A DNA stretch of 64,000 bases, from assembly GCA_046735395.1 (NCBI GenBank), contig JBJKQR010000008.1, positions 1 through 64,000 on the forward strand, read 5' to 3'. Shown here piece by piece: positions 53,785 through 63,880 of the stretch. A program made the position numbers and the translations under genes. The first letter of the stretch is position 1. Each line of letters begins with the position of its first letter. This DNA is from Fidelibacterota bacterium (GTDB lineage: Bacteria > Fidelibacterota > Fidelibacteria > Fidelibacterales > DSDE01). A model generated the notes under the pieces. That model saw nothing but the letters and a program-made list of their open reading frames with translations. It was not told where the DNA came from and did no database searches.

Positions 53785-54237
53785 ATGTCCTATTATTGCA
53801 ACCAATGTAACAGCACAATTACAAAAGATGAATTCTCGTATTCCGTTAATCATTATGAAAGGCCTCTTTGTAGAGCTTGCCAAAAACCGAATTCATCGCC
53901 CAAAAAAAATACACCAGAGCCAACACCACAGGCAAAATATCTCTATAATGTATTACGACAAAGAGGCGTGCCTGCAAGATTAGAACAATTCGATGGATTT
54001 AAGCACATTGATATTGCCATTCCAGAAGTAAAAGTCAATATTGAGGTAGATGGCGGACATCATAATTATGATAAAAAACAGGCCTTAGCTGATTTAAAAA
54101 GAACATACTACTCTTTCAGAAAAGGATATCTGACCTTACGAATCCCGAATTCTCTTCTGGAGAAGGAAAACATTCACGAGACAGCAAATTATATTGTGGA
54201 ATTCTTAAATGAATCTGGTGATCAATTGGAATATTAA
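53785..54237 (+). CDS. DUF559/Vsr-like PD-(D/E)xK endonuclease with N-terminal zinc ribbon
   Basis: AAGGAGG RBS; CNQC...CRAC; HIDIAI...NIEVDGGHH...D..R...G..TLRIPN. Confidence 0.8.
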   Translation: MSYYCNQCNSTITKDEFSYSVNHYERPLCRACQKPNSSPKKNTPEPTPQAKYLYNVLRQRGVPARLEQFDGFKHIDIAIPEVKVNIEVDGGHHNYDKKQALADLKRTYYSFRKGYLTLRIPNSLLEKENIHETANYIVEFLNESGDQLEY

Positions 54238-54296
54238 GGAAAACGTATTTCGGTAGAGACGCATTGTCGTAGAGACGCAAGATTTTGCGTCTCCAC
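54231..54296 (+). repeat. REP element copy 3 with left flank
   Basis: 54231-54263 identical (33 bp) to 48342-48374; GTAGAGACGCAAGATTTTGCGTCTCCAC at 54269-54296. Confidence 0.8.
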
Positions 54297-54305
54297 GGCA
54301 AAACA

Positions 54306-55529
54306 TCATTTCATCACGGAATTCCAGCGGTCCTGGTGGGTGACGAAGCGTGAAGCCCGGCGTTCCAGTTCGTCGTGATAATATGTTTCCAGGCCGGCCT
54401 TGCGCTTCACGAAACTGTAGGGGAACCAGTGGGTCGGTTCATCATCGCCCATACCCCGTTTCATCTTTCCTTCCAGGCGGGACATGAGGGTGATCATGCC
54501 TCGCGGATCATAGCCGGCCCGGGCGGCGTAGAGGGCGCCCCGGGTATCGGCCGCCGCCTCGTAGCTTTCCTTGCGGCCTTTTATACTGCGTTCGTACATG
54601 TCGTCCGCAATCTGTTCCAGGTCGGCCTCCACCTCATTCGGCTCCTCGTCCAGTTCCGTGTCAAGGGCGTCAAAGGCCGCTTCCGCCCGGACTTTCGGCT
54701 TGCGCTTCTGCGCTTCGGTCATGCCGTGCCCGAGAGTGATATGGGAAATTTCATGGCCGAGCAGACAGGCCAGCTGATTTTCGCTGTCCATCATATTCAG
54801 CATTCCCTTTGAAATGATGATAACGCCGATGGGTGTGGAATTGGCAAAGATTTCATCTGTGTCGGCGATATACACCGTAAGGGGCAGGTCGTAGAATTCC
54901 GTGCTTTCGGCGACGAGCTGTGCCACCATGTTCACGTAGCGGGTTTTCGCCGCGTCCTTCAGCAGGCCGGGGGCTGTGAGCCGGCCGGCGATATAGGCAG
55001 AAGTGGCCATCATGGAATTATCGATTTTCAGAGAGCCCGGACTGTCGATACGGAGTTTCTTCATATATTTTTCGTGATCCCATGGGCTGTTCCGGTAGGT
55101 GTCGGCGGTAAAGCGCCGGTACTCCTCCGCGGAGAAGCTGCGACGCAGGGGGCGGGACATGACGTCCCGGTTCACGTCTGTGGAGCTGAGCCTGTTTTCA
55201 AAAAATCCCTTCACCGCGGCCGATACGATGGTTTTAGAAATTTCCCGGTCGGCGATCTCTCCGGCCAGGACACCGTAGTCAATGCTGTGCCGGCTGTCAT
55301 CAAAAGCCAGCGCGGGGATGAAGCCCTGAAGATTTGCAGCGGTCCGAACCTCCGCCCAGGTGTCGCCGTTCTGAATAATGGTTACGTCACTTCCGGCCGG
55401 CAGTACCGCCAGAACGGGATAAAAGGCGCCGCTGCCTTCGCGCAGCGACACATGGTCCTGACGGATCACATCCGCCGTCAGAACGGCAGCCGTCAGCAGA
55501 ATCAACAGTATCAGTACCGGTTTTTTCAT
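54306..55529 (-). CDS. Exported M48-family metallopeptidase with N-terminal SH3b domain
   Basis: Signal peptide; LREGSGAFYPVL...W.EV....GFI (SH3b); NS.PIG.III, GHEISH, E..AD..G...A.RAGYDP. Confidence 0.85.
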   Translation of the reverse strand: MKKPVLILLILLTAAVLTADVIRQDHVSLREGSGAFYPVLAVLPAGSDVTIIQNGDTWAEVRTAANLQGFIPALAFDDSRHSIDYGVLAGEIADREISKTIVSAAVKGFFENRLSSTDVNRDVMSRPLRRSFSAEEYRRFTADTYRNSPWDHEKYMKKLRIDSPGSLKIDNSMMATSAYIAGRLTAPGLLKDAAKTRYVNMVAQLVAESTEFYDLPLTVYIADTDEIFANSTPIGVIIISKGMLNMMDSENQLACLLGHEISHITLGHGMTEAQKRKPKVRAEAAFDALDTELDEEPNEVEADLEQIADDMYERSIKGRKESYEAAADTRGALYAARAGYDPRGMITLMSRLEGKMKRGMGDDEPTHWFPYSFVKRKAGLETYYHDELERRASRFVTHQDRWNSVMK

Positions 55530-55537
55530 GTCTTCCC

Positions 55538-57694
55538 TCATTTCGTCTTAAAGGTAAATACGCCGTCCTCATCCACTAAATCGTCGTGCTTTTTCAGCAG
55601 GCGGCAGCGGTCGATGAAGGCCAGTGACGGTTTGTCGTCCGCATCCAGAGCCAGTACGGCCTCGAAGGCCTCAATGGCTTTCTTCCAGTTCCGTTGATTA
55701 TACAGCACTTTCGCGGCCTGAAAACGGGCTTCCCGTTCCCGGATGGCATCGTCAATATTTTCCAGCCGGTCGATGAGTGTAAAGATACGGATGGGGCGGT
55801 TCTTGCCCTTGACGCGGATGAGATCCAGTTCGCGGAAACAGTAGAGATCCTTCACGAATTCCCAGCTGAATTCACTGAGCATGTTAGTGGTACCGTAGCT
55901 TTTATTCACGCCTTCCAGCCGGGCGGACAGATTTACCGTATCGCCGATGGCCGTATAATCCATTCTCTGTTCGGAGCCCAGATTTCCCACTACCATGGGG
56001 CCGCTGCTGATGCCGATGCGGGTAGCGATTTCGCCTCCTTTTACGGGAATGAGCTCGCTCACCCTGTGCCGGCGGAATTCCAGGATCACTTCGCAGGCGG
56101 CGCGGGCATGATTCTCGCCCGGGACAGGTGCGCCGAAGACTGCCATAATGCCGTCGCCCGTATATTTGTCCAGGAGGCCGCCCTGTTCAAGGACGATTCC
56201 GGTGATAACGCCGAAATAGCGGTTGAGAACGCGGATCACGTCCCGGGGCGTCTTGTCCTCCGAATAGGTGGTGAAATTCTGCAGGTCGGTGAAGAGAACC
56301 GTGCCGGTGAGTTCGCGGCCTTCCAGATCCACCTGATCCGGATTCTGAAGCAGCAGATTGATGACGTCATCCGACAGGTAGCGAGAGAACATGCTGCGGA
56401 TCTGACGTTTGGCCCGGCCTTCGCTGACAATGCGGTAGGCGCTGGCGGCTCCGGAGCTGAAGATGAGAATCCCCAGAGGAAGGAGGAGGTCAAAGTCCAG
56501 AGCCTGCGTGCGGAACAGGAAGAAGTTTGCGGCGAGGATGAGAAGGGCGGACGCCAGCAGAAGCGGCAGGGAAAGACGAAGGCTGTGCTGCAGAAAGGAT
56601 CGGGTCAGGAGAAGCCCCAGCAGAAAAGCCGCGAGGCCAATCAGGAGCAGCGGAAGCGTGGACAGACGGTGGCCATTGAGCAGATTCGACAGGAGCGTGG
56701 CGTGAATCTCCCCGCCCGGGTAGGCATTGATGGCGGTGAAGGGCGTGGTTTTCAGATCGACCAGCCCGCTGGCCGATGCACAGATGATGATATTTTTTCC
56801 GGTAAACTGCCGGAGGGGAATGTCCGGATCGATGGCGGTCATGTGTTTTACCGCCGACATGAGAACGGCATAGAAGGACTCGTAGCGGAAAGCGCCGCCT
56901 GCATCTCCGGGGCCGTACCAGTAGAGCGGATAGCTCCCGTCCGCATCGAGGCAGAACTGCCGCTGCCGGGTGAGGAGCCGCCGGGACCGGGATTCATAGG
57001 AGACCAGGGTGTCTCCGGTGGCGGCAAGATAGGCCGACAGGGCCAGCTGGGGATAGAGCCGTCCATTGACGCGGTAAAACAGCGGCAAACGCCGACAGGT
57101 TCCGTCCGCGTCGGAGTGAAAATTTGCGATGCCGATGCCGGCTCCCGCATCCGTGAATTCAGGAATTGGGAGGCGAAGGCCGTGAAAATCCGGCCCCGGA
57201 ATCGTTTCGGCACCGGGAAAGCTCAGTGACAGGGGCTCCGGGTTGCGTTGAGCCAGGTGTCCCTCATTCTGTATCATGGCAGCAAGGACCGTGCGCGAGC
57301 TTTCGGAGAGCGCGTCGGCCAGTTCCGGGTCCGAGGATCCGCCGCCGAATTCCATTCTGTCCCGCTCCGGATCGTCCATGAGGATATCCACCATTACGGA
57401 GGCGGCTCCGGCGTCCGCCAGATAGCCGAGAACAATGGCATAAAACTGCCGTGGCCATGGCCAGCTGATGTTCAGTTTGTTTTCCGCGTTATCCAGCGAT
57501 CCGTTGTCGATGGCAATGAGTACGACGCTGCTGTCCGCCCTTTCGGCGTGGTACAGCTGCTGCCATTTGAAATCCGTCGTCGTATTGACCAGATTTCCGT
57601 AGAACCGGCTGTGGGACAGAAGCAGGAAAAAAGCGGTCACGGCAAGAGGGATCCATATCTGCAGCCATTTTCGGTCAAATATTTTTCTGATCAT
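55538..57694 (-). CDS. CHASE2-domain class III adenylate/guanylate cyclase
   Basis: WPWPR, DADGTCRR, PGGEIHA, 3 TM, FTDLQNFT, DKYTGDGIMA, DYTAIGDTVNLSARLE, C-terminal TPR. Confidence 0.93.
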   Translation of the reverse strand: MIRKIFDRKWLQIWIPLAVTAFFLLLSHSRFYGNLVNTTTDFKWQQLYHAERADSSVVLIAIDNGSLDNAENKLNISWPWPRQFYAIVLGYLADAGAASVMVDILMDDPERDRMEFGGGSSDPELADALSESSRTVLAAMIQNEGHLAQRNPEPLSLSFPGAETIPGPDFHGLRLPIPEFTDAGAGIGIANFHSDADGTCRRLPLFYRVNGRLYPQLALSAYLAATGDTLVSYESRSRRLLTRQRQFCLDADGSYPLYWYGPGDAGGAFRYESFYAVLMSAVKHMTAIDPDIPLRQFTGKNIIICASASGLVDLKTTPFTAINAYPGGEIHATLLSNLLNGHRLSTLPLLLIGLAAFLLGLLLTRSFLQHSLRLSLPLLLASALLILAANFFLFRTQALDFDLLLPLGILIFSSGAASAYRIVSEGRAKRQIRSMFSRYLSDDVINLLLQNPDQVDLEGRELTGTVLFTDLQNFTTYSEDKTPRDVIRVLNRYFGVITGIVLEQGGLLDKYTGDGIMAVFGAPVPGENHARAACEVILEFRRHRVSELIPVKGGEIATRIGISSGPMVVGNLGSEQRMDYTAIGDTVNLSARLEGVNKSYGTTNMLSEFSWEFVKDLYCFRELDLIRVKGKNRPIRIFTLIDRLENIDDAIREREARFQAAKVLYNQRNWKKAIEAFEAVLALDADDKPSLAFIDRCRLLKKHDDLVDEDGVFTFKTK

Positions 57695-57995
57695 TCCTGT
57701 GAACTCCTGATGCGGGAATGGCCAAATTACGAATTGACCCGGCCCGGATTCTTGTCTGCCATCACATTTTGCGACATAAATGGATTTTTCCTGCCGCCAT
57801 GGGCGTGGTTATACCTCGTTTTCACTGCACTTTAGGCTATTTTGTCCAGTCATTCAAGGAAATTATTCAAGAAAGGCATTTAAGTGACAACTTTTTTCCT
57901 CTAAATTCGTCCATCATGATAAAGAGCTAAGGATGAACTGTGCGTGAAGTTTTTGTGACATGCTGAAATTAAATATGTTAGAAAAAGGAGAAATG

Positions 57996-59885
57996 ATGAA
58001 GAAAGTGACGACCCTGCTTCTGGCGGGACTGCTGCTTGCCGCGTGCAACACGACGCTGATGAAAAAAGACAGCGGCAACGCTCCGGTGATTACGGTGCCC
58101 TCCCGGGCTGATATTGATGAACAGTACCAGTGGAATCTGGCAGATATGTATGCGGATCAGACGGCCTGGGAAGCGGATTTTAAAATGGTTTCCGACCACC
58201 TGGAGGACGTGGCGGCATTCAAGGGAAAAGTGTCCGAATCGGCACAGAACCTGTCCGATTATTTCAGCCTTATGGAATCACTGGGTAAAAAGATTGATAA
58301 AATGTATGTGTATGCCGGCCTGAAAAAGGATGAGGATACGCGGATTTCTGATAACCAGGCGCTGCTGACCCGGATTTCTGCGCTGCAGGTGGCCGTCGGT
58401 GAAAAGAGCAGCTTCTTTGAAACGGAATTGCTGACGGTTCCCGAATCCACGCTCAATAAATGGTTTTCCAGTGAAGCCGGCCTGAAGCCCTATCGCTTTT
58501 ATCTGGATAATCTTCTGCGGCAGCAGACCCATGTCCTCGGCGAAAAGGAGGAAAACCTGCTGGCCATGCTGGGGAATTTTGCCGAAACCCCGAATAAAAT
58601 TCAGGAAGCCATCAAATACGCCGATATGAAATTTCCCCAGGTGAAAAATGATAAGGGCGAGCTGGTTCAGCTCACGCCGGGACGCTATTACCAGCTGCTT
58701 CTGTCTCCGGATAAGGATGTGCGGCGCCGGGCCTTTGAAGCGCGGAACGGAGCCTTCAACAATGTGATCAATACATCGGCCGCCACCTATAACGCCCTTC
58801 TGCAGAAAGATCTCTTCTATACCAAGACCCGGGGCTATAACAGCACCCTCGAACGGGCGCTGAGCTACGACAATGTGCCGGTGGAGGTTTTTAACAATCT
58901 CATCGAAACCGTGAAATCAAATCTGGGTCCCATGCATCGCTATTATGCCCTGAAGAAGAAGGTGCTGGGCCTCAAAGAAATGCATCTCTATGATACATCC
59001 CTGCCCATCGTTCCCGAAGCATCGAGCGAATATCCCTATGAAAAGGCCAAGGGTGAAATCCTGGATGCCCTCAAACCCATGGGCGAGGAATACGTGAACA
59101 CGGTGAACCGGGCCTTCAACGAACGGTGGATCGATGTCTATGAGACCGAGGGGAAAACGGGCGGAGCCTATTCCTGGGGAACCTTTGATGCGCCTCACCC
59201 CTATATTCTCCTGAATTATAATGACACGCAGGACAACATGTTCACCCTGGCGCACGAGCTGGGCCACACCATGCATTCCTTTTACAGCCGCAGAACTCAG
59301 CCCTATGCGACGGCGGATTATTCGCTGTTCGTGGCGGAAGTGGCTTCAACCTTCAATGAAAATATGCTCATGAAGTACATGCTGGACCGGGCGCAGACAA
59401 AAGAGGAAAAAATGATTCTGCTCGACCAGTGGATTTCCAATATTGAAGGGACCATCATTACCCAGGTTCAGTTCGCCGATTTCGAAAAACAGGCTCATGC
59501 CATGGCCCAGGCCGGTGAACCCGTTACCGTCGAATCGCTGAATGCCCTCTATCACAAATTGCTGGTTGAATACAACGGCCCGGATATGGTCATCGACGAT
59601 CTCTATGATCTGACCTGGAGCCGGATTCCTCATTTTTACCGCAGCTTCTATGTGTACAAATATGCCACGGCGCTCTGTGCTTCCACCTCCCTGTTTGAGG
59701 CCGTCTATGACGGGGATCAGCAGGCCCGGACACGATATATGAATTTTCTCAAGTCCGGCGGATCGGATTATCCCATCAACGAACTGAAAGCGGCCGGTGT
59801 GGATATGAGCCGTCCCCAACCGATTGTAGACACCATGAATCTGCTCAACGATCTGGTCAGTCAGCTCGAAGATCTGATGAAATAA
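57996..59885 (+). CDS. pepF: Oligoendopeptidase F (M3B), lipoprotein
   Basis: AAGGAG RBS, lipobox LAAC; GKTGGAYS, HELGHTMH, AEVAST, IPHFY. Confidence 0.93.
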   Translation: MKKVTTLLLAGLLLAACNTTLMKKDSGNAPVITVPSRADIDEQYQWNLADMYADQTAWEADFKMVSDHLEDVAAFKGKVSESAQNLSDYFSLMESLGKKIDKMYVYAGLKKDEDTRISDNQALLTRISALQVAVGEKSSFFETELLTVPESTLNKWFSSEAGLKPYRFYLDNLLRQQTHVLGEKEENLLAMLGNFAETPNKIQEAIKYADMKFPQVKNDKGELVQLTPGRYYQLLLSPDKDVRRRAFEARNGAFNNVINTSAATYNALLQKDLFYTKTRGYNSTLERALSYDNVPVEVFNNLIETVKSNLGPMHRYYALKKKVLGLKEMHLYDTSLPIVPEASSEYPYEKAKGEILDALKPMGEEYVNTVNRAFNERWIDVYETEGKTGGAYSWGTFDAPHPYILLNYNDTQDNMFTLAHELGHTMHSFYSRRTQPYATADYSLFVAEVASTFNENMLMKYMLDRAQTKEEKMILLDQWISNIEGTIITQVQFADFEKQAHAMAQAGEPVTVESLNALYHKLLVEYNGPDMVIDDLYDLTWSRIPHFYRSFYVYKYATALCASTSLFEAVYDGDQQARTRYMNFLKSGGSDYPINELKAAGVDMSRPQPIVDTMNLLNDLVSQLEDLMK

Positions 59886-59900
59886 AAATGTCTTCATAAT

Positions 59901-59934
59901 AAAAAACCCCGGGGCACACTCCCGGGGTTTTTTT
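59901..59934 (+). terminator. Rho-independent terminator (bidirectional form)
   Basis: A6-CCCCGGG...CCCGGGG-T7. Confidence 0.85.
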
Positions 59935-59941
59935 AATGTGT

Positions 59942-59968
59942 TAACTTTTAGTCCGGGACGGTGTCAAA
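59942..59968 (+). promoter_or_regulatory. Putative autoregulatory ECF promoter
   Basis: TAACTT-16-TCAAA, resembling the sigmaE-type GAACTT-16-TCAAA. Confidence 0.55.
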
Positions 59969-59972
59969 GATC

Positions 59973-60479
59973 ATGGATGAAGGAAGAAAGGGCCATGTGG
60001 TTTCCGCGAAAGAGTTCGATGATTGGATTGAGGAGTACCATGATATGATTTACAGCACGATCTTCAGGATGATCTGGAACGAAGATGACGCCCTTGACCT
60101 GACGCAGGATGTATTTATGAGAGCCTACCGGAAGCGAAGCAGTTTCCGCGGCGAATCTTCACCCTCCACCTGGCTGACCCGCATCGCCCTCAATCTGACC
60201 TATAATTTTTTAAACCGGAATAAAGTGCGGCAATGGAACGACCTGCAGGAAGAAACGCTGAAGGACAATCGGGGCTCGGATGCTCCCCGGGTTTTTGACC
60301 GGCAGAATCTTGAGCTGCTGTCTCCACTGGAGCGGGCGGTGGTGGCCGCCCGGATTAATGAGGATCTGCCTTACCGTGAGATCGCACAAACGCTCGACAC
60401 GAGTGAAAACAGCGTGAAGGTGGCCTGGTCCAAGGCCGTGAAGAAATTGAGAAAGGCGGTACAGAATGACGGGATGTGA
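59973..60479 (+). CDS. ECF RNA polymerase sigma factor
   Basis: DLTQDVF, FRGESS.STWL.RIA.N region 2; LPYREIA region 4. Confidence 0.92.
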   Translation: MDEGRKGHVVSAKEFDDWIEEYHDMIYSTIFRMIWNEDDALDLTQDVFMRAYRKRSSFRGESSPSTWLTRIALNLTYNFLNRNKVRQWNDLQEETLKDNRGSDAPRVFDRQNLELLSPLERAVVAARINEDLPYREIAQTLDTSENSVKVAWSKAVKKLRKAVQNDGM

Positions 60480-60927
60480 CAGCTGGAAAGACCGGTTTTT
60501 CAGTATGACCGCAGGGCAGTGCCCGGAAGGGTTGCAGCATCTGCATGATTGCCCGGACTGTCGGCGTGAATATGAGGTGTATACGCAGCTCCGTTCTGCC
60601 CTGATGGCCGTGCCGGCGCCCCTCGATCCGCAGCGGAAATCCGCCAGTCTTGCCGCGATCCGGCGAGGAATTTTCAGACAGCGCCTGCAGCGTTTTTCCG
60701 CCTATACGGCCTCGGCGGCGGCGGTTCTTCTGCTTGTGCTCAGCCTGTCCTTTTTCGCACAGAAACCGTCACCGGCTGTCGCAGCTGATGATGACGATGA
60801 ATATCAATGGATAATTTTAAAAAGCGGCTTTTCCATGACGGCAGAGGACCTGCCTGAAACGGCAGTTCTGGACTATCTGTCCGCTGCAGGGGATGTTCCC
60901 GTGCCCGAACTGCTTGCCGCAAACTGA
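60466..60927 (+). CDS. Zinc-binding membrane anti-sigma factor
   Basis: ZAS motif HLHDCPDC, single TM, overlaps sigma gene. Confidence 0.8.
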   Translation: MTGCDSWKDRFFSMTAGQCPEGLQHLHDCPDCRREYEVYTQLRSALMAVPAPLDPQRKSASLAAIRRGIFRQRLQRFSAYTASAAAVLLLVLSLSFFAQKPSPAVAADDDDEYQWIILKSGFSMTAEDLPETAVLDYLSAAGDVPVPELLAAN

Positions 60928-60943
60928 ATGGAGTGAGGGGAAT

Positions 60944-61420
60944 ATGAAAAAATTGATCCTGTTTTTGATCCTGGCGAATTTCGCTGCTGCTCAGGCCCCC
61001 ATGGGGACACCTCCTGAAATGGATAATCGTGAGATTGAAACGTATCGCACCATGCGGCTCACCGAATATCTGAATCTCAGTCCCGAACAGGCGGATAAAT
61101 TTTTCCCGCGGCAGCGGCAGCATCGCGATGAGATGAGAAAACTTCATGCCCGGATGCGCGATGTCGCACACAGTCTGGACAATGAAGACGGCCTTATTCC
61201 TGAAGGTCTCAGCAGTGAGGATCTGCAGAATCTGCTGAAACAGATCCATGAACTGGAGGATCAGGAAAATGCCATGCAGAAGGCATATATAAATGAAATG
61301 CAAAGTTATCTGGAGCCTTATCAGGTTGCGCGCTACCTGAATTTTGAGCATAACTTCCGCAGGGAACTACAGAAAACCATGCGGGAAAAATGGAAATCAA
61401 TGAAAGACCAAAGGAGATAA
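60944..61420 (+). CDS. Exported helical Spy/CpxP-like protein
   Basis: Signal peptide; LNLSPEQADKF and LEPYQ LTxxQ-like motifs. Confidence 0.65.
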   Translation: MKKLILFLILANFAAAQAPMGTPPEMDNREIETYRTMRLTEYLNLSPEQADKFFPRQRQHRDEMRKLHARMRDVAHSLDNEDGLIPEGLSSEDLQNLLKQIHELEDQENAMQKAYINEMQSYLEPYQVARYLNFEHNFRRELQKTMREKWKSMKDQRR

Positions 61421-61422
61421 TC

Positions 61423-61905
61423 GTGAAAAGAATAAGCCTCACATTCATACTCATACTGGCCGGAAGCCTGGCCTTTGCCCAGCCCGCACCCAAACCGGAT
61501 GGCCCCGGACCGAAGATGGACTGCGGCCGTCATCCCATGATGTCCAAACTGGACAACGCTCAGCGCGAAGCTCTGATGGATGCCCGCAAGGAACATCAGA
61601 AGGCCGTCATTCCGCTTCAGGCCGATCTGAAAGTTGCCCGCATCGAATATCGGGATCTGATTGCTTCCGGTGCCGACCGGAAACAGATCGACAGGAAGCA
61701 GGATGATATCGCGGCCATTCAGGCAAAACTTGCCAAAGAAAAGACGGATCATCTGCTGAAGGTTCGGAGTATCGTCGGCGAAGAAAACTTTAAAATGATG
61801 CAGATGGCTGCCGGAAAGAACATGAAAATGTCCTGCGGTGGCGCTGCCGACTGCAAGGCCCCCGGAAAAAAGGGGAAACGGGGCCGGCACTGGTTCAGAA
61901 AATAA
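61423..61905 (+). CDS. Spy/CpxP/ZraP-like periplasmic protein
   Basis: AAGGAG RBS, GTG start, signal peptide AFA; LDNAQR, helical body. Confidence 0.7.
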   Translation: MKRISLTFILILAGSLAFAQPAPKPDGPGPKMDCGRHPMMSKLDNAQREALMDARKEHQKAVIPLQADLKVARIEYRDLIASGADRKQIDRKQDDIAAIQAKLAKEKTDHLLKVRSIVGEENFKMMQMAAGKNMKMSCGGAADCKAPGKKGKRGRHWFRK

Positions 61906-61952
61906 TCGGACTCCCCTCATACCGACGGGTCTGCGGCCTGACCGCAGACCTG

Positions 61953-61981
61953 AAAAACCCGTGGCGTTGCCGCGGGTTTTT
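61953..61981 (+). terminator. Rho-independent terminator, preceded by a second hairpin at 61928-61950
   Basis: AAAAACCCGTGGC...GCCGCGGGTTTTT. Confidence 0.8.
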
Positions 61982-62037
61982 ATTATCCCCCGGATTTTTC
62001 TGCCCCCCTCGACATTTATAAATATTAATACAAATTT

Positions 62038-62075
62038 CTTGTATATAAATTCAAAACAATGTATTTTTATGCATG
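62038..62075. promoter_or_regulatory. Tandem ARG boxes (ArgR operator)
   Basis: TGTATATAAATTCA (62040-62053) and TGTATTTTTATGCA (62060-62073), 20 bp apart, upstream of argR. Confidence 0.75.
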
Positions 62076-62106
62076 ATTGGTGGAAATATATACAAGGGAC
62101 AAACAA

Positions 62107-62583
62107 TTGGATAATAAAAACAAACGCCTGATGCTTATTCGTGAAGCGATTCAGACCGGGGATATCTCCTCACAGCAGCAGCTGCTGGAACAGCTGCGGG
62201 AATCCGGTTTCGAGGTTACGCAGGCAACGTTGAGCCGTGATCTGAAATATTTGAATGTGGGAAAAATTGCGGATGGAGAAAAGGGATATCAGTATATCCT
62301 GAGCGATGATTATGATTCCGCTGCAGACCGCAATGAGGATGCGGCCGTACCGGCGGATGCGTTTCTGGGCATCGAATTTTCAGGAAATCTGGGAATCATC
62401 CGGACCCTGCCGGCCTTTGCGCCGTCGATTGCCCTGACGGTGGACAGGCTGAATATCTACGGAATCATGGGGACCATTGCCGGAGATGACAATATTCTTG
62501 TTGTTCTCCGCGAAGGGATCCGGCCCCTGGATGTTCTGAATACACTGGCCCTGAAACTGCCTGAAATCAAAGACAAACTATAG
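62107..62583 (+). CDS. argR: Arginine repressor
   Basis: [25 protein letters not shown] start after AAGGGA inferred. Confidence 0.95.
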   Translation: MDNKNKRLMLIREAIQTGDISSQQQLLEQLRESGFEVTQATLSRDLKYLNVGKIADGEKGYQYILSDDYDSAADRNEDAAVPADAFLGIEFSGNLGIIRTLPAFAPSIALTVDRLNIYGIMGTIAGDDNILVVLREGIRPLDVLNTLALKLPEIKDKL

Positions 62584-62593
62584 GATAAAACAG

Positions 62594-63847
62594 ATGAAAA
62601 GAGACAAAGTAATACTCGCCTACAGCGGCGGGCTGGATACCTCGGTTATATTAAAGTGGCTCACCAACAAGGGCTTTGATGTGATCGCCTATGTTGCCAA
62701 TGTGGGACAGAATGAAGATTTTGAAAAGGTGCGCGAAAAGGCCATCGCAGGCGGGGCCGTCAAAGTGTATGTGGAGGATCTGCGCGACGAACTGGTACGC
62801 GAATATATTTATCCGGCCATGCAGGGAAATGCCATTTATGAAGGACGCTACCTGCTGGGCACGTCCATTGCCCGGCCTCTCATCGCCAAGCGTCAGATAG
62901 AAATTGCTTACAGGGAAAATACGGTGTACGTGGCCCATGGCGCCACAGGCAAGGGCAACGATCAGGTCCGTTTTGAATTCGGATATTATGCGCTCATGCC
63001 GGAAGTAAAAATCATTTCACCCTGGAAGGACGCGGAATTTTTGGAGGCATTCAAAGGCCGTAACGAGCTACTTGATTATGCGGAAAAATGGAATATTCCC
63101 GTCAAGGCGTCCAAGGCCAAGCGTTACAGCGAGGATGATAATATTCTGCATATTTCCCATGAAGCCGGAATTCTGGAAGATCCGTCAGAACGTTGTCCTG
63201 AAGACGTTTACAGCATGTCCGTTTCGCCGAAGGAAGCGCCGGATACTGAAACTATCATTGACATCCATTTCAAGAATGGCGTGCCCGTCAAGGTGCAGAA
63301 TATGAATGACGGAACGGAAAAAAGCGACGCGCTGGAGCTGTTTCTGTATCTGAACGAACTGGGCGGAAAAAATGGCATCGGCCGGGTGGATATCGTGGAA
63401 AACCGCTATATCGGAATTAAGAGCCGCGGCGTGTATGAAACCCCCGGCGGTACGATTCTCTGGGCTGCTCACCGCGATCTGGAGGGCATTGCCATGGACA
63501 AGGAAGTCATGCACCTTCGCGATATGCTCATCCCGAAATTTGCCGAAATCATTTATAACGGGCTCTGGTTCTCTCCGGAAATGGATTTCATCATGTCCGC
63601 CTTCAACAAGAGCCAGGAAAATATCGACGGCTGGGTTCGCCTCTCGCTGTACAAGGGAAATGTAGAGACCATCGGCCGTTTCTCACCGGTGTCGCTTTAT
63701 GACCAGAATCTGTCCAGTATGGATATCGAAGGCGGCTATAATGCCCTCGACAGCAAAGGGTTCATTAATATCAACGGAATGCGCCTGAAGGCTCATAACG
63801 TGGTTCTGAAAAAACGTTTTCCCTATGAATGGAGAACGGAAGATTAA
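62594..63847 (+). CDS. argG: Argininosuccinate synthase
   Basis: [35 protein letters not shown]. Confidence 0.97.
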   Translation: MKRDKVILAYSGGLDTSVILKWLTNKGFDVIAYVANVGQNEDFEKVREKAIAGGAVKVYVEDLRDELVREYIYPAMQGNAIYEGRYLLGTSIARPLIAKRQIEIAYRENTVYVAHGATGKGNDQVRFEFGYYALMPEVKIISPWKDAEFLEAFKGRNELLDYAEKWNIPVKASKAKRYSEDDNILHISHEAGILEDPSERCPEDVYSMSVSPKEAPDTETIIDIHFKNGVPVKVQNMNDGTEKSDALELFLYLNELGGKNGIGRVDIVENRYIGIKSRGVYETPGGTILWAAHRDLEGIAMDKEVMHLRDMLIPKFAEIIYNGLWFSPEMDFIMSAFNKSQENIDGWVRLSLYKGNVETIGRFSPVSLYDQNLSSMDIEGGYNALDSKGFININGMRLKAHNVVLKKRFPYEWRTED

Positions 63848-63880
63848 GAAAATAGAATTTGACGGGAAGGGAAAAAGGCC

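Noticed and set aside
46700..54300. CRISPR array, classical integron or prophage interpretation of the repeat-rich region
   Set aside because: No regular repeat-spacer periodicity, no cas, intI or phage genes, and no convincing attC R''/R' pattern seen
55694..57229. 511-aa ORF opposite the CHASE2 cyclase
   Set aside because: Antisense shadow with no domain signal
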